Shown here: piece by piece, positions 1 through 15,427 of the stretch
How the letters are laid out: each line of letters opens with the position of its first letter
Position numbering within the stretch: position 1 is the stretch's first letter
Assembly (NCBI GenBank): GCA_951406725.2
Contig: OX597821.1
Coordinates: 86,800,001 to 86,864,000, forward strand
DNA length: 64,000 bases
Source of the DNA: Octopus vulgaris
Taxonomy: Eukaryota
Reading direction: 5' to 3'
Translations under genes and position numbers: made by a program
Notes under the pieces: model-generated
What the model saw: only the letters and a program-made list of their open reading frames with translations
The model's database searches: none
What the model was told of the DNA's origin: nothing

Positions 1-3000
1 TTTGGCTTAGCTATTTGGCTAAGTTTTTTTGGGTTGGCTATTTGGGTTAGCTATTTGAGTTGGCTCTTTGGATTTGCATTTTGGGTTGACTATTTGGCTA
101 GCAATTTAGGTTGGCTATTTGTGTTTGCTGTTTGGGTTTGCTATTTTGGTTTGCTATTTGGCTTGTCTATTTGGGTTTGCTATTAGTGTTTGCTATTTGG
201 CTTGGCTATTCGGCTCGGCTTTTTGGGTTGGCTATTTGGGTTTGCTATTTGGCTTGGCTATTTGGGTTTGCTATTTGTGTTGGCTAATTGATTTGCCTTT
301 TTGGCTTGGCTATTTGGCTTGGGTATCTTGGTTTGCTCTGTGGCTTGGCTATTTGGGTTGCCTATTTTGGTTAGCTATTTGAGTTGGCTATTTGGATTGG
401 CTTTTTGGGTTGGCTCTTTGGCTAGGCCATTTGGGTTGGCTATTTGTGTTTGCTTTTTGGGTTGGCTCTTTGTGTTTGCTTTTTGGGTTGGCTATTTGTG
501 TTTCCTATTTGGGTTGGATAGTTGGCTTGGCTATTTGGCGAGGCTATTTGGGTTGGCTTTTTGGGTTGGCTATTTTGGTTGGCTATTTGGGTTAGCTATT
601 TGGCTTGACTATTTGCGTTGGCTATTTGGGTTGGCTATATGGGTTAGCTATTTGAGTTGGCTATTTGGATTTGCCTTTTGGGTTGGCTATTTGGCTAGGC
701 TATTTGGGTTCGCTATTTGTGCTTCCTATTTGTGTTAGATAGTTGGCTTGTCTATATTGCTAGGCTATTTGTGTTGGCTATTTGGGTTGGCTATTTGGGT
801 TAGATATTTGGCGTGACTATTTGCGTTGGCTATTTGGGTTTGCATTTAGTGTTGGCTATTTGGCTTAGCTATTTGGCTTAGCTATTTGGCTAGGCTATTT
901 GTGTAGGTTATTTTGGATTGGCTTTTTGGGTTTGCTTTTTGACTAGGCTATTTGGGTTGGCTATATGTGTTTGCTATTTGGGTTTGCTCTTTGGTTTGGC
1001 TATTTGGCTTTGCTATTTGGGTTGGCTATTTGGGCTTCCTTTTTGGGTTGGCTATTTGGCTATTTGCTATTTGGCTTGGCTTTTTGCCTAGTCTATTTGG
1101 CTTGGTCTTTTCGCTTGGCTATTTGGGTTGGCTATTTGTGTTTGCTATTTGGGTTGGCTATTTGTGTTTCCTATTTTGTTTGGATAGTTGGCTTGGCTAT
1201 TTGGTTAGGCTATTTGGGTTGGCTTTTTGGGTTGGCTATTTGGGTTAGCTATTTGGCTTGACTATTTGGGTTCGCTATTTGGGTTTGCTATTAGTGTTAG
1301 CTATTTGGCTTAGCTATTTGACTAGGCTATTTGGGTAGGTTATTTAGGTTGGCTATTTGGGTTTGCTATTTGAGTTGGCTATTTGGATTGGCTTTTTGGG
1401 GGTTTGCTATTTGTCTAGGCTCTTTGGGATGGCTATTTGTGTTTGCTATTTGGGTTGGCTATTTTGGTTTGCTTTTTGGATTGGCTATTTGGCTTGGCTA
1501 TTTAAGTTGGCTATTTTGGTTTGCTATTTGGCTTGACTTTTTGGGTTGGCTCTTTGTGTATGCTATTTTGGTTTGCTATTTGGGTTGGCTATTTGTGTAT
1601 ACTATCTTTGTTGACTATTTGGCTTGGCTATTTGGGTTGGCTCTTTGGGTTTGCTATTTGGGTTGGCTTTTATTGTTGGCTATTTGATTTGCCTATTTGG
1701 GTTGTCTATTTGGCTTGACTATTTGGCTTGTCTATTTGGGTTGGCTATTCGCGTGTGCCTTTTGGGATGGCTATTTGGCTTCGCTATTTGGCTAAGTTTT
1801 TTTCGGTTGGCTATTTGGGTTAGCTATTCGAGTTGGCTCTTTGGATTTGCTTTTTGGGTTCACTATTTGTCTAGGCTATTTGGGTTGGCTATTTGTGTTT
1901 GCTGTTTGGGTTTGCTATTTTGTTTTGCTATTTGGCATGGCTATTTGGCTTTGCTATTTGGGTTTGCTATTAGTGTTTGCTATGTGGCTTGGCTATTCGG
2001 CTCGGCTTTTTGGGTTGGCTATTTGGGTTTGCTATTTGGGTTGGATATTTGGGTTGGCTATTTGGGTTGGCTATTTGTGTTTGCTATTTGGTTTGGTTAT
2101 TTGGTTTGCCTTTTTGGCTTGGCTTTTTGTTTTTTCTATTTGGCTTGCGTATTTTGGTTTGCTATTTGGCTTGGCTATTTGTGTTGGCTATTTGAGTATG
2201 CTATTTGTGTTGGCTATTTGGCTTAGCATTTGGCTAGGAAATTTGGCTTGGCTATTTGGCTTGGCTATTTGGCTTGGCTATTTGGGTGGGCTATTTGGTT
2301 TGGCGATTTGGGTTAGCTATTTGGTTGGCTATTTGGCTTGGCTATTTTGGTTGGCTATTTGTGTTTGCTATTTGGCTTGGCTATTTAGCTTGGCTATTTG
2401 GTTTGCTTATTTGGGTTTGCTATTTGGGTATTCTTTTTAGGTTGGCTATTTTCGTTTGCTATTTAGCTTGGCTTTTTGGGTTGGCTATTTGGGTACGCTT
2501 TTTGGGTTGGCTATTTTGGTTTGCTATTTGGGATGGCTATTTGGGTTGGATATTTGGGTTGACTATTTGTTTTAGCTATTTTGGTTGGATATTTGGGTTG
2601 CCTATTTGCGTTTGCTACTAGTGTTTGATATTTGGCTTAGCTATTTGGCTAGGCTATTTGTGTTGGCTATTTGTGTTGGCTATTTGTGTTTGCTATTTGG
2701 GTTGGCTATTTGGTTTGGCTATTTTGGTTCGCTATTTGGGTTGGCTTTTTTGGTTGGCTATTTGGTTTGCCTATTTTGGTGGTCTATTTGGGTTGTCTAT
2801 ATGGCTTGGCTATTTGGGTTGGCTGTTTCGGATGGCTATTTGGGTTTACTCTTTGTCTTGACTATTTGGCTTGGCTATTTGGGTTGGCTATTTGCGTGTG
2901 ATTTTTGGGATGGCTATTTGGCTTAGCTATTTTGCTAGGTTATTTCGGTTGGCTATTTGGGTTGGCTTTTTGAGTTGGCTATTTGGGTTGGCTATTTGGG

Positions 3001-4831
3001 TTGGCTATTTTAGCTGGCTTTTTTGCTAGGCTATTTGGCTCGGCTGTTTGGGTTTGCTTTTTGGATTGGCTTTTTGGGTTGGCAATTTGGGTTTGCTATT
3101 TGGCTTGGCTTTATGGATTGGCAATTTGGGTATGCTATTTGTGTTGGCTATTTGTCTTAGCTCTTTGACTAACCTATTTGGCTTGGCTATTTGGGTTGGC
3201 TATTTGTGTTTGCTATTTGGGTTGGCTATTTGGGTTTGCTATTTCGCTTGGCAATTTGGCTTGGCTATTTGGCTTGGCTATTTTGGTTTGCTATTTGGCT
3301 TGGCTATTTGGGTTGGCTTTTTGGGTATGCTATTTGTGTTGGCTATTTGGCTTAGCATTTGGCTAGGAAATTTGGCTTGGCTATTTGGGTTGGCTATTTG
3401 GGTTGGCTATTTGGGTTAGCTATTTGACTTGGCTATTTGGGCTTCCTATTTGGGTTGGCTATTTGGCTATTTGCTCTTTGGCTATTTGCTAATTGGCTTG
3501 GCTTTTTGGCTTGCCTTTTTGGCTATGCTATTTGGCTTGGATATTTGGGTTGGCTATTTGTGTTTGCTATTTGGTTTGGCTATTTGTGTTTCCTATTTGG
3601 GTTGGATAGTTGGCTTGGTTATTTGGCTAGGGTATTTGGGTTGGCTATTTGGGTTAGGTATTTGGCATGACTATTTGGGTTGGCTATTTGGGTTTGCTAT
3701 TAGTGTTTGCTATTTGCGTGTGATTTTTGGGATGGCTATTTGGCTTAGCTATTTTGCTAGGTTATTTCGGTTGGCTATTTGGGTTGGCTTTTTGAGTTGG
3801 CTATTTGGTTGACTACTTGGGTTGGCTATTTTAGCTGGCTTTTTTGCTAGGCTATTTGGCTCGGCTGTTTGGGTTTGCTTTTTGCATTGGCTTTTTGGGT
3901 TGGCAATTTGGATTTGCTATTTGGCTTGGCTTTATGCATTGGCAATTTGGGTATGCTATTTGTGTTGGCTATTTGTCTTAGCTCTTTGGCTAAGCTATTT
4001 GGCTTGGCTATTTGGCTTGGCTATTTGGGTTGGCTATTTGTGTTTGCTATTTGGGTTGGCTATTTGGGTTTGCTATTTCGCTTGGCAATTTGGATGGCTA
4101 TTTTGGTTTGCTATTTGGCTTGACTATTTGGGTTGACTTTATGGGTATGCTATTTGTGTTGGCTATTTGGCTTAGCATTTTGCTAGGAAATTTGGCTTGG
4201 CTTTTTGGATTGGCTATTTGGGTTGGCTATTTGAGTTGGCTATTTGGGTTAGCTATTTGACTTGGCTATTTGGGCTTCCTATTTGGGTTGGCTATTTGGC
4301 TATTTGCTAATTGGCTTGGCTTTTTGGCTATGCTATTCGGCTTGGATATTTGGGTTGGCTATTTGTGTTTGCTATTTGGTTTGACTATTTGGGTTGGATA
4401 GTTGGCTTGGTTATTTGGCTAGGCTATTTGGGTTGGCTATTTGGGTTAGGTATTTGGCTTGACTATTTGGGTTGGCTATTTGGGTTTGCTATTAGTGTTG
4501 GGTATTTGGCTTACCTATTTGGGTAGGTTATTTGGGTTGGCTATTTGGTTTAGCTATTTTAGTTGGCTATTTGGATTGGCTTTTTGGGTTGGCTATTTGG
4601 GTTTGCTATTAGTGTTGGCTATTTGTGTTTGCTATTTGGGTTGGCTATTTGGGTTTGCTTTTTGGCTTGGCTATTCGGGTTGGCTATTTGGGTTAGATAT
4701 TTGGGTTGGCTATATGGGTTGGCTATTTTGGTTTGCTATTAGTGTTGGCTATTTGGCTTAGCTATTTGGCTAGGCTATTTGGGTTGGCTATATGTGTTTT
4801 CTCTTTGGGTTGGCTATTTGGGTTTGCTTTT
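1..4831 (+). repeat. 13-bp G/T-rich tandem satellite (consensus TTTGGGTTGGCTA) with higher-order duplications
   Basis: Several hundred degenerate 13-mers; strong G/T strand bias; diagnostic variants recur at about 820-bp spacing (TTTGCGTGTGATTTTTGGGATGGC at ~2891 and ~3713; GGCTAGGAAATTTGG at ~3361 and ~4181). Runs off the left window edge. Confidence 0.95.
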
Positions 4832-5956
4832 ACCATAATCATTTCCCAGGAATCTTTTTCAATCTTTGGAAACCCCCTTTCTCAATACATAAAAGAGAAT
4901 TGGAAACGATTCTTAGACGATTGTTTTATACTCTGGAATGAAAATACAGATAAACTCCTAAAATTTAAAAACCTATTGAACAGCATAAACCCAAATATAC
5001 AGTTCACAATGGAATACAACCAAAAGGAGCTCCCGTTCTTGGATATACTAATTAAAAAAATTAACCTTAAAATAGAAACAGACATTTTTTACAAAGCCAC
5101 AGACGCCAAACAATACCTTCTTTTCAATTCATGCCACCCAAGACACACTAAAACAAACATCCCCTTCAACCTTGCAAGAAGGATATGCACAATATTGTCA
5201 GAAAAAAATACCAGGAACTTTAGACTGCAAGAACTCAAAAACACCCTAATTGACAGACATTACCCAACTCAACTCATAGAGGATGGGATCAGACGTGCAA
5301 CAGAAATCAACATAGAAACTTTAAGAAAAGTTCAACACAACAACACCCGAAAATACCTCCTTACATATCTACATACAACCCCAGAAACAAAGAAGCCTTC
5401 ACCATCATCACCCAGAATTTACCAATACTTCATAAGGACCCCAAATTAAAGGAAATTCTAAACATACACCAAATCATTAAAAGCTACAAACAACCTAAAT
5501 CACTTTAAAAGATTCTCACAAAGGCAAAATTGTTTTCTGAAATTACGGATGCAAAATTTAAAAAAATGTGGTAGATCGAACTGTGCAACATGTCCAAACC
5601 TGCTAGAAGGATCAGAATTCCTCTTTAAAGAGGGACAGAAATTCAAGATCAAATCTAACTTTACTTGTGCCTCTGAAAACATAATTTATGTCATAAAATG
5701 CTCGGGCTGCCACCAAGACTACGTGGGATCCACGGGACTATCACTCAGACGTAGATGCACACTGCATCGACAACAGATTGCATTCCCAGAATACAGAATG
5801 ATACCTTTTAGTGAGCACATTGAGAAATGCGCAAAGCAACTACTACCACAATTTTTAATCTTTCCATTTTACCAATGTGCTATCGGATCATCAACACAAA
5901 TTAGACTAAACAAGGAAACATTCTTCATTGAAAAGTACAAGCCCAGACTTAACTGA
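4832..5956 (+). pseudogene. Disrupted PLE RT-GIY-YIG ORF
   Basis: Frameshift near 5350 (alternative frame reads KIPPYISTYNPRNKEAF...KSYKQPKSL), in-frame TAA at 5506-5508, second frameshift near 5545 into ORF 5549-5956. Confidence 0.85.
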
Positions 5957-6105
5957 TACAGAGAAATTCACACCAAGGGAAAGGAAAAATATTTAAGCGA
6001 TTATCTCCCTTACACCGGAAGAAATCACTCATTACCTCCCCTTATTTAGAACTCTTTTGAACATAAATATAACGATAACTCTATTCAACATAAACATAAC
6101 GTCGC

Positions 6106-6144
6106 AAGAAATTTGAAAAGCTAAACGCGAAACCGGTCTTTCTT
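6106..6144 (+). ncRNA. Minimal hammerhead ribozyme variant in the PLE 3' region
   Basis: AAGAAA-TTTGAAAA-GC taaac GC-GAAACCGGTC-TTTCTT: stem I AAGAAA/TTTCTT, 2-bp stem II, palindromic ACCGGT stem III, GUC site; core is non-canonical. Confidence 0.55.
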
Positions 6145-6302
6145 CTAAATTATGTCATTGTAAGAGAAAAAAAAAAATTTTAATATTCTTCAGACATATT
6201 GACGCAAATATATATATTTTTTAACCTTTAAGCCTTCTGTAGTTTTTTCACTTTTTACTATTTTCTATATATTCAACCACGTGCTTTCACAAACCAACTT
6301 TC

Positions 6303-8300
<1,998 letters not shown>

Positions 8301-8315
8301 ATATATATATATATA

Positions 8316-8486
8316 TATAAAATATTATTAGAGACAAAACCACTATTTTGCAAAACAAACAAGGAAAGACTTAATCAATACATAAAATTTTAATAAATAG
8401 ACTATTTATTAAAATTTTATGTATTGATTAAGTCTTTCCTTGTTTGTTTTGCAAAATAGTGGTTTTGTCTCTAATAATATTTTATA
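8316..8486. repeat. Perfect palindrome, 85-bp arms, 1-nt loop at 8401
   Basis: Base-by-base complementarity around ...TAATAAATAG-A-CTATTTATTA... Confidence 0.93.
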
Positions 8487-8563
8487 ATATTTTACTATAA
8501 AATTGGATTTAATCCTAAATCTGATTTTTTCCCTGTAAATTTGGATTTATTCCCTAATATTTA

Positions 8564-8602
<39 letters not shown>

Positions 8603-8651
8603 CATAAATATATATATACATACATATATATATACATGTATATATATATAC

Positions 8652-8698
<47 letters not shown>

Positions 8699-8774
8699 TT
8701 CTCGTAGCACTAGGCCACTTGGTGTGGAATAAATATACTATTAAATTAGTATCTAATTCTCTCACCCTTATTAA

Positions 8775-8885
<111 letters not shown>

Positions 8886-8917
8886 CATATCTAACATATA
8901 CATATATATATATATAC

Positions 8918-8978
<61 letters not shown>

Positions 8979-9003
8979 TATACATATATATATATATATA
9001 TAC

Positions 9004-9084
<81 letters not shown>

Positions 9085-9091
9085 TAATATA

Positions 9092-9138
<47 letters not shown>

Positions 9139-9160
9139 TATATATACATATATATACATA

Positions 9161-9993
<833 letters not shown>

Positions 9994-10002
9994 CATATAT
10001 AT

Positions 10003-10888
10003 ATGCTGAAAAGTTTCAAGCTTTATGCTATCAGCATGCAAAACTGAATGCAATACCCAATGAATACACTGGACCCGGAGGGATTGCAATCCCAGAGGCA
10101 CAATCAGTGCGTGACCTGGGTATTCACATGAGTGATGACGCGACCTTTCATGTACATGTTGCTAAACTGGCAAAGAAATGTAGACGGCTGGCCGGATGGA
10201 TTCTTAGAACCTTTAGAACAAGAGAACAAGAAACCATGATGGTCCTCTGGAAGACACTTGACCTAAGCCACTTTGACTATTGCTCTCAGCTATGGTCACC
10301 ATCCAGTGTCAAGTTGATCACAGAACTTGAGGCGATCCAACGAAGCTACACGAAGAAGATAGCCTCTGGGCAGCATATAAGCTACTGGGAAAGACTCAAG
10401 AGATTAAAACTCTATTCCTTGGAGCGTATGCGAGAAAGATATGCCATAATATACATCTGGAAGATCCTAGAAGGACTTGTCCCAAACTTTGGCATCGAGA
10501 GTCACACAAATGCCAGAACCGGGCACCACTGCGTGGTACCAAGGACTCCAAATTTGCCATCAAGATGTAGGACAAGATACTGTGATAGCCTGGGCTTCCG
10601 AGGCCCACAGCTCTTCAATGTCCTCCCGAAGAACCTGAGGGACCTGCATGGTGTAGATGCGGATGTCTTTAAAGTAGGACTGGATCTCTTCCTGTCAGGT
10701 GTCCCGGTTGAACCAACTTCACGGCAGGAGGTGCAGATGAGGGCAGCTGCATCGAACTCTCTCATGCACCAAATGGCAGTTGCTAAAAAGCATTCGTGAG
10801 GTAAAATCATGTAGCAAACCAAATGGCGGTGCCCCAGCATGGCCACAGCTCATGAGCTGAAACTGGAAAAATAGAAAATAGAAAATAG

Positions 10889-10890
<2 letters not shown>
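10003..10890 (+). mobile_element. Second, shorter copy of the CR1-group LINE at 6687-8300
   Basis: Highly similar to 7417-8282 (ORF 10107-10799); tail (GAAAATA)n; (TA)n on both flanks. Confidence 0.92.
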
Positions 10891-10924
<34 letters not shown>

Positions 10925-10971
10925 CATATATATACATATACATATATATACATATACATATATATACATAT

Positions 10972-11026
<55 letters not shown>

Positions 11027-11027
11027 G

Positions 11028-11068
11028 CCTTCGAAACACGTGTCTGCTAGCGACAGCTGATGAAGGGG
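11028..11068 (+). ncRNA. Candidate circularly permuted (type II-like) hammerhead motif in a TA-embedded cassette (11021-~11240)
   Basis: CCTTC-GAAAC ACGT GTC-TGCTAGCGACAG-CTGATGAA-GGGG: both core halves present in permuted order; stem I imperfect. Confidence 0.4.
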
Positions 11069-11332
11069 ATTTTTCCTCGTGCAGCATGTCCTGTACTTCG
11101 TTTTTCTGCTGCACATAATTGTTTTTCCCGTTTCGTTTTCGTTTCGTCTTGTTCCACGTCTCTGTCCTTCTGTTGTAACAAAATGGCTTTTCCGTTTTCG
11201 TTTCTGTTGATTTTTACGTCTTCTTGTGGTGTCCTGTACGTATATATATATATTTATATATGCATGTATATATACATGTAGGTGTCGGTACGTACATATA
11301 TGTTTGTATGTATGCATATATTTTATTTATTA

Positions 11333-11373
<41 letters not shown>

Positions 11374-11379
11374 TATATA

Positions 11380-11545
11380 TACAACAGGCTTCTTTCAGTT
11401 TCTGTCTACTAAATCCACTCACAAGGCTTTGATCGGCCTGAGGCTATAGTAGAAGGCACTTGCCTGAGGTGCCACGCAGTGGGACCGTGGGACTGAACCC
11501 GGAACCATGTGGTTGGGAAGCAAGCTTCTTAGTACACAGCCATGC
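11380..11545 (-). mobile_element. SINE family A, 5' half (tRNA-like head)
   Basis: Matches the head of the full copy at 38262-38691. Confidence 0.8.
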
Positions 11546-12577
11546 ATGTGACTTTTAACAAATATTTAAAATATCATGTCACATTTTCTTCCTGATTAAA
11601 TAATTAATTCTCAAAACATTTTCCTAGGAATTTAATTCTATCATCATCATCAGCAAAAGCAGCAGCATTTTTAAACATGTGTTTTCCATGCTGGTATGAA
11701 TTGGATGGTTTAACAGGATCCGACAATCCAGAACACTGTGCCAAGCCCCAGTGTACTCTTTGGCACAATTCCTAGGGCTGGATGCCCTTCCTAATGGCAA
11801 CCACTTTACAAATTGCACTGGGTGCTTTTTATGTGCTACTGGCACCAGTGAGGTCATCAAGTAATTTGCAAGACAAGACCCCACTCAACTGAACAAGGTG
11901 CAGTATTGAAAGAGGTAGTTTTATACCAAGTAACAAGAGGTTAAAGGATGGCAGAAGGACAGAAACAGGTATCTTGCTGTACAGGTGACACCTGGTGACC
12001 CAACGCAGAAAAAAGCAAGGAAATGGAGATAAAAAGGTATCAGGGCATACCCACAAGTTACAAGAAGGTGGATATTCTTTTCTATTCTAGGCACAAGGCC
12101 CCAAATTTTTGGTGGGGAGGCCAGTCGATTAGATCGACCCCAAAAGGATGAAAGACAAAGACAGACGAAATACCGCTAACCATTTCGTCCGAGGTGCTAA
12201 CTTTTCTGCTAGTTTGCCACCTTAAGAAGGTGAATATTAGAAGTGGCCCAGAGGATGAAACAGGGGGAATGGAGAGGTAATTATCATCATTATCATCTTC
12301 ATCATTTAGTATTCATGTTTCAAGCTGTCATGGGTCAGAAGATTTGACAGTATTTGATGGGTCCAAGGACTGTATTGTGTTCCAGTGTCTGCTTTGGGTA
12401 TGGTTTCTATGGCTAGGTGCCCTTCCTAACACCAACCACTACAAAATTAAGTGTTTTCCTTGTGCCACCTTTTACTGTAGCAGTCACTGTGCAGCTTGCA
12501 AGACTGCGAACTCAGGAGGAGAGTTATAAGCTTTATGCTAGGAGATGAGGGGGATAAAGTATGTTTCAGGCATGCCC

Positions 12578-12667
<90 letters not shown>

Positions 12668-12676
12668 TACATATAC

Positions 12677-12738
<62 letters not shown>

Positions 12739-12774
12739 TACATATACATATATACATATACATATATACATATA

Positions 12775-12866
<92 letters not shown>

Positions 12867-12985
12867 ATACATATATGTGTGTGTATATATATATATGTAT
12901 ATATATATGACCGCCATGTTGATTCGTTAGCTCCTGCACGCATTTTTTTCTCTCCTTGTTTCTCTCCTTGTTTCTTTTCTGTTTA

Positions 12986-13023
12986 TCTTTCTGTTGAAGA
13001 GCGTAGGCTCGAAACGTAAAAGA
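12986..13023 (+). ncRNA. Minimal hammerhead variant in a TA-embedded cassette (~12908-13121)
   Basis: TCTTT-CTGTTGAA-GAGC gtag GCTC-GAAACGTA-AAAGA; second copy at 38959-38996 (-). Confidence 0.7.
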
Positions 13024-13119
13024 CTTGTTTTATTTCTATTCCTGAGCGCCATACTAATACAATTGTTTGTTTGTATTCCACCTGCCTTCGTTTTTTGTTT
13101 ATTTTCGTAAAGCTTCCTG

Positions 13120-13225
<106 letters not shown>

Positions 13226-13304
13226 GTTTCAAAATGTGACCTCGTGTGTACCGTTAGCGATTTTTTTTCCTGTCTTCCCTTCTCTGGATCTTTCCTTTTC
13301 CTAT

Positions 13305-13339
13305 GTTTCCGACAAAGAGCTCCGCTCGAAACGTTAAAC
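13305..13339 (+). ncRNA. Minimal hammerhead variant in a TA-embedded cassette (~13226-13438)
   Basis: GTTT-CCGACAAA-GAGC tcc GCTC-GAAACGTT-AAAC. Confidence 0.62.
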
Positions 13340-14233
13340 CCTCCTCCTTCCCCTCCTTCCTGAGCATCCAATAATACTATATTTGTTCCACATCCTCACG
13401 TTGTGTTTTCTCTTTGTGTTTTCATGTTTGGATTAACTATATATATATATACACTATTTATATATAATCACTATTTGTATACAGTCATAGATTGGTGATT
13501 CAGTTCTTTATGTTAGGAGATGAGGGGGTTAAAATATGTTAAAGATTCTTGTAGAGGAGCTGCATGGTTATACACATTTAGTAAGGAGGGAGAGAATGGA
13601 GAAGAGCTGCAAAGAGGTCAGTCGCAGAGATGAGGCTCCTGGGTAGCCTTTCAAGGCATGAAGTGAACAGTACAAATGAAAAATCAATAATCGATAATCA
13701 TTAGTCAAGTGTTTATTGATTGTTTGAAAAGTTTTATTTCTGAACATATGATAAATTGATCACATTATCTGGTTTGTTGTTTTGAAATTTAAATACAATG
13801 GTAAAAATTCTTCAAATGGCTGCTTAAATAAGAAGAGAAATATTATTGGTCATTAACTCTGGAATATAGTAGTTTCTTGAGACAGCCAGAAATTTCTTGG
13901 ATTAATTTATCTTTTACATTTTATTTGTTTCTCTCATTGTACTATGACCACTGACACTTATTCTAAGTTACAGGGACATAAACAAACCAACAATAGTTTT
14001 TAAACAGAGGTGGGAGTCATAAAAACACAGACACACACATACACAGACACACACACAAACACACACACACACACACACATATGTGTTTGTTTAATGCGTT
14101 TTAACTAGGCACTGTCATCTAAAACTGTGCCAAGTAGAGTGGGGTGGGGTTGTTGAACGAGGGAAAACCACATTACATAAATTCCATGACCAGAATTATC
14201 CACCTTTCCCCTTAGAATGTTTCTTCATGTTAA

Positions 14234-14264
<31 letters not shown>

Positions 14265-14756
14265 ATTATCTTCCCAAATGACTACACAACACACTCATTG
14301 ATATATTATATATAAAATATACATCTGAAATTACCATCAACACACTGATAAAATAGAAGTGTATAAGAAATCACAACCTTTGAATGAGAAGCAGAATATT
14401 GAATTTTGAAACCTCAATGAGGGACACGTCCTTAGAATTATTGTAGAAAGGGTAACTGAAATACATGACATATTCATTAATGTCTCAAGAATATTAGTAA
14501 TATAAATGAATCAACATGGTGTCGTGGAAGGACTCAGATTTTTGTCGGTGAGGCAGAAGCAGTTGTGGGCTGTTCATGCCTTTTTCATTGGCATTTACAA
14601 TGTAAGTGTAATGAAGTTACTAAAACCAAGAGTGGAAACAGACAGTGCACCTGGTTCACTGCTGAAGATAATTTCTATTCTATATTAAATATATAAGTAA
14701 TTTTTTGGAAAATATATATTTTTTTAGAACTGTACATGTGTAAAGCTTTAAGTGTA

Positions 14757-14971
14757 CAAGGGGTGCTGAAAAGTTCCTGGCTTTAAAGGTATTGCAAAAG
14801 GTCTGGTTGGTGGCTCAATGTTCTGAGTTGTTTTACAGGGCTTAGAAAAACTGAAGGACCTCTGCAATAAGTGTGTGAATCTGAGAGGGGAATATGTTAA
14901 ATAAGATCATAATTAATTACTCCCCTGTACTTTCTTTTACCAAAATCCAGTCACTTTCCAGCACATCCTTG
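14757..14971 (+). mobile_element. Mariner-derived MITE
   Basis: Imperfect TIRs CAAGGGGTGCTGAAAAGTTCCTGG / CCAGTCACTTTCCAGCACATCCTTG; TA at left; internal remnant of a transposase C-terminus (CNKCVNLRGEYVK*). Confidence 0.75.
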
Positions 14972-14995
14972 TGTATATACACTATTTGTATACAG

Positions 14996-15140
14996 CAGGG
15001 GTGGACTGAGAGTATTAAGGGCCCTCAGGCATAACTGTTTACCATAACTGTTTAGTAGAGTTAACATGTAGTGTGCAGGCCCCTTAGAGCTCTGGGCCCT
15101 CAGGCAGTGCCCGATTAACTGATGGGTCAGTCTGCCCCTG
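14996..15140. mobile_element. hAT-like MITE (145 bp)
   Basis: TIRs CAGGGGTGGACTGA / TCAGTCTGCCCCTG; 8-bp TSD GTATACAG/GTATATAG; empty-site paralog at 13469-13505. Confidence 0.85.
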
Positions 15141-15427
15141 GTATATAGTCATGGACTGATGATTCAGTTTGTTCCTGGTTCAATTCAGGTATGCGATATT
15201 GATAAGCCACAAAAATGGCAAAATATCAGTACACATTACTCCTGAATGGGATTGGTGGGGAGGTGAGTCGTCTGTCTGTCTATGACCCTCAGGTGTTTTA
15301 ACACCTAGAGTTATGAGGGAGTCATCCCCAATATGCTATACAGCAGTGTACCTGTGAACTATCAAAACACATACATTGAACTTGTGCTGTTGATAATGTT
15401 TACAACCCTAGCACTGCTTTTGATTCA

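Noticed and set aside
119-4761. Many hydrophobic LFGLAIWVGYLGW-repeat ORFs resembling membrane proteins
   Set aside because: They are translations of the 13-bp satellite, appear in all three + frames with the same 13-aa period, and are broken by scattered stops.
1-4831. Telomere or CRISPR interpretation of the array
   Set aside because: There are no unique spacers, the unit is 13 bp rather than TTAGGG, and the G-rich strand points into the window rather than toward the left end.
4706-5449. 247-aa ORF as a satellite-PLE fusion protein
   Set aside because: The start is a non-ATG codon within the satellite and the PLE part is frameshifted, so this is chance read-through.
14480-14690. Protein-like short frames with a GTAAGT site
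   Set aside because: No consistent acceptor-donor pair with an open frame, and no recognisable domain.
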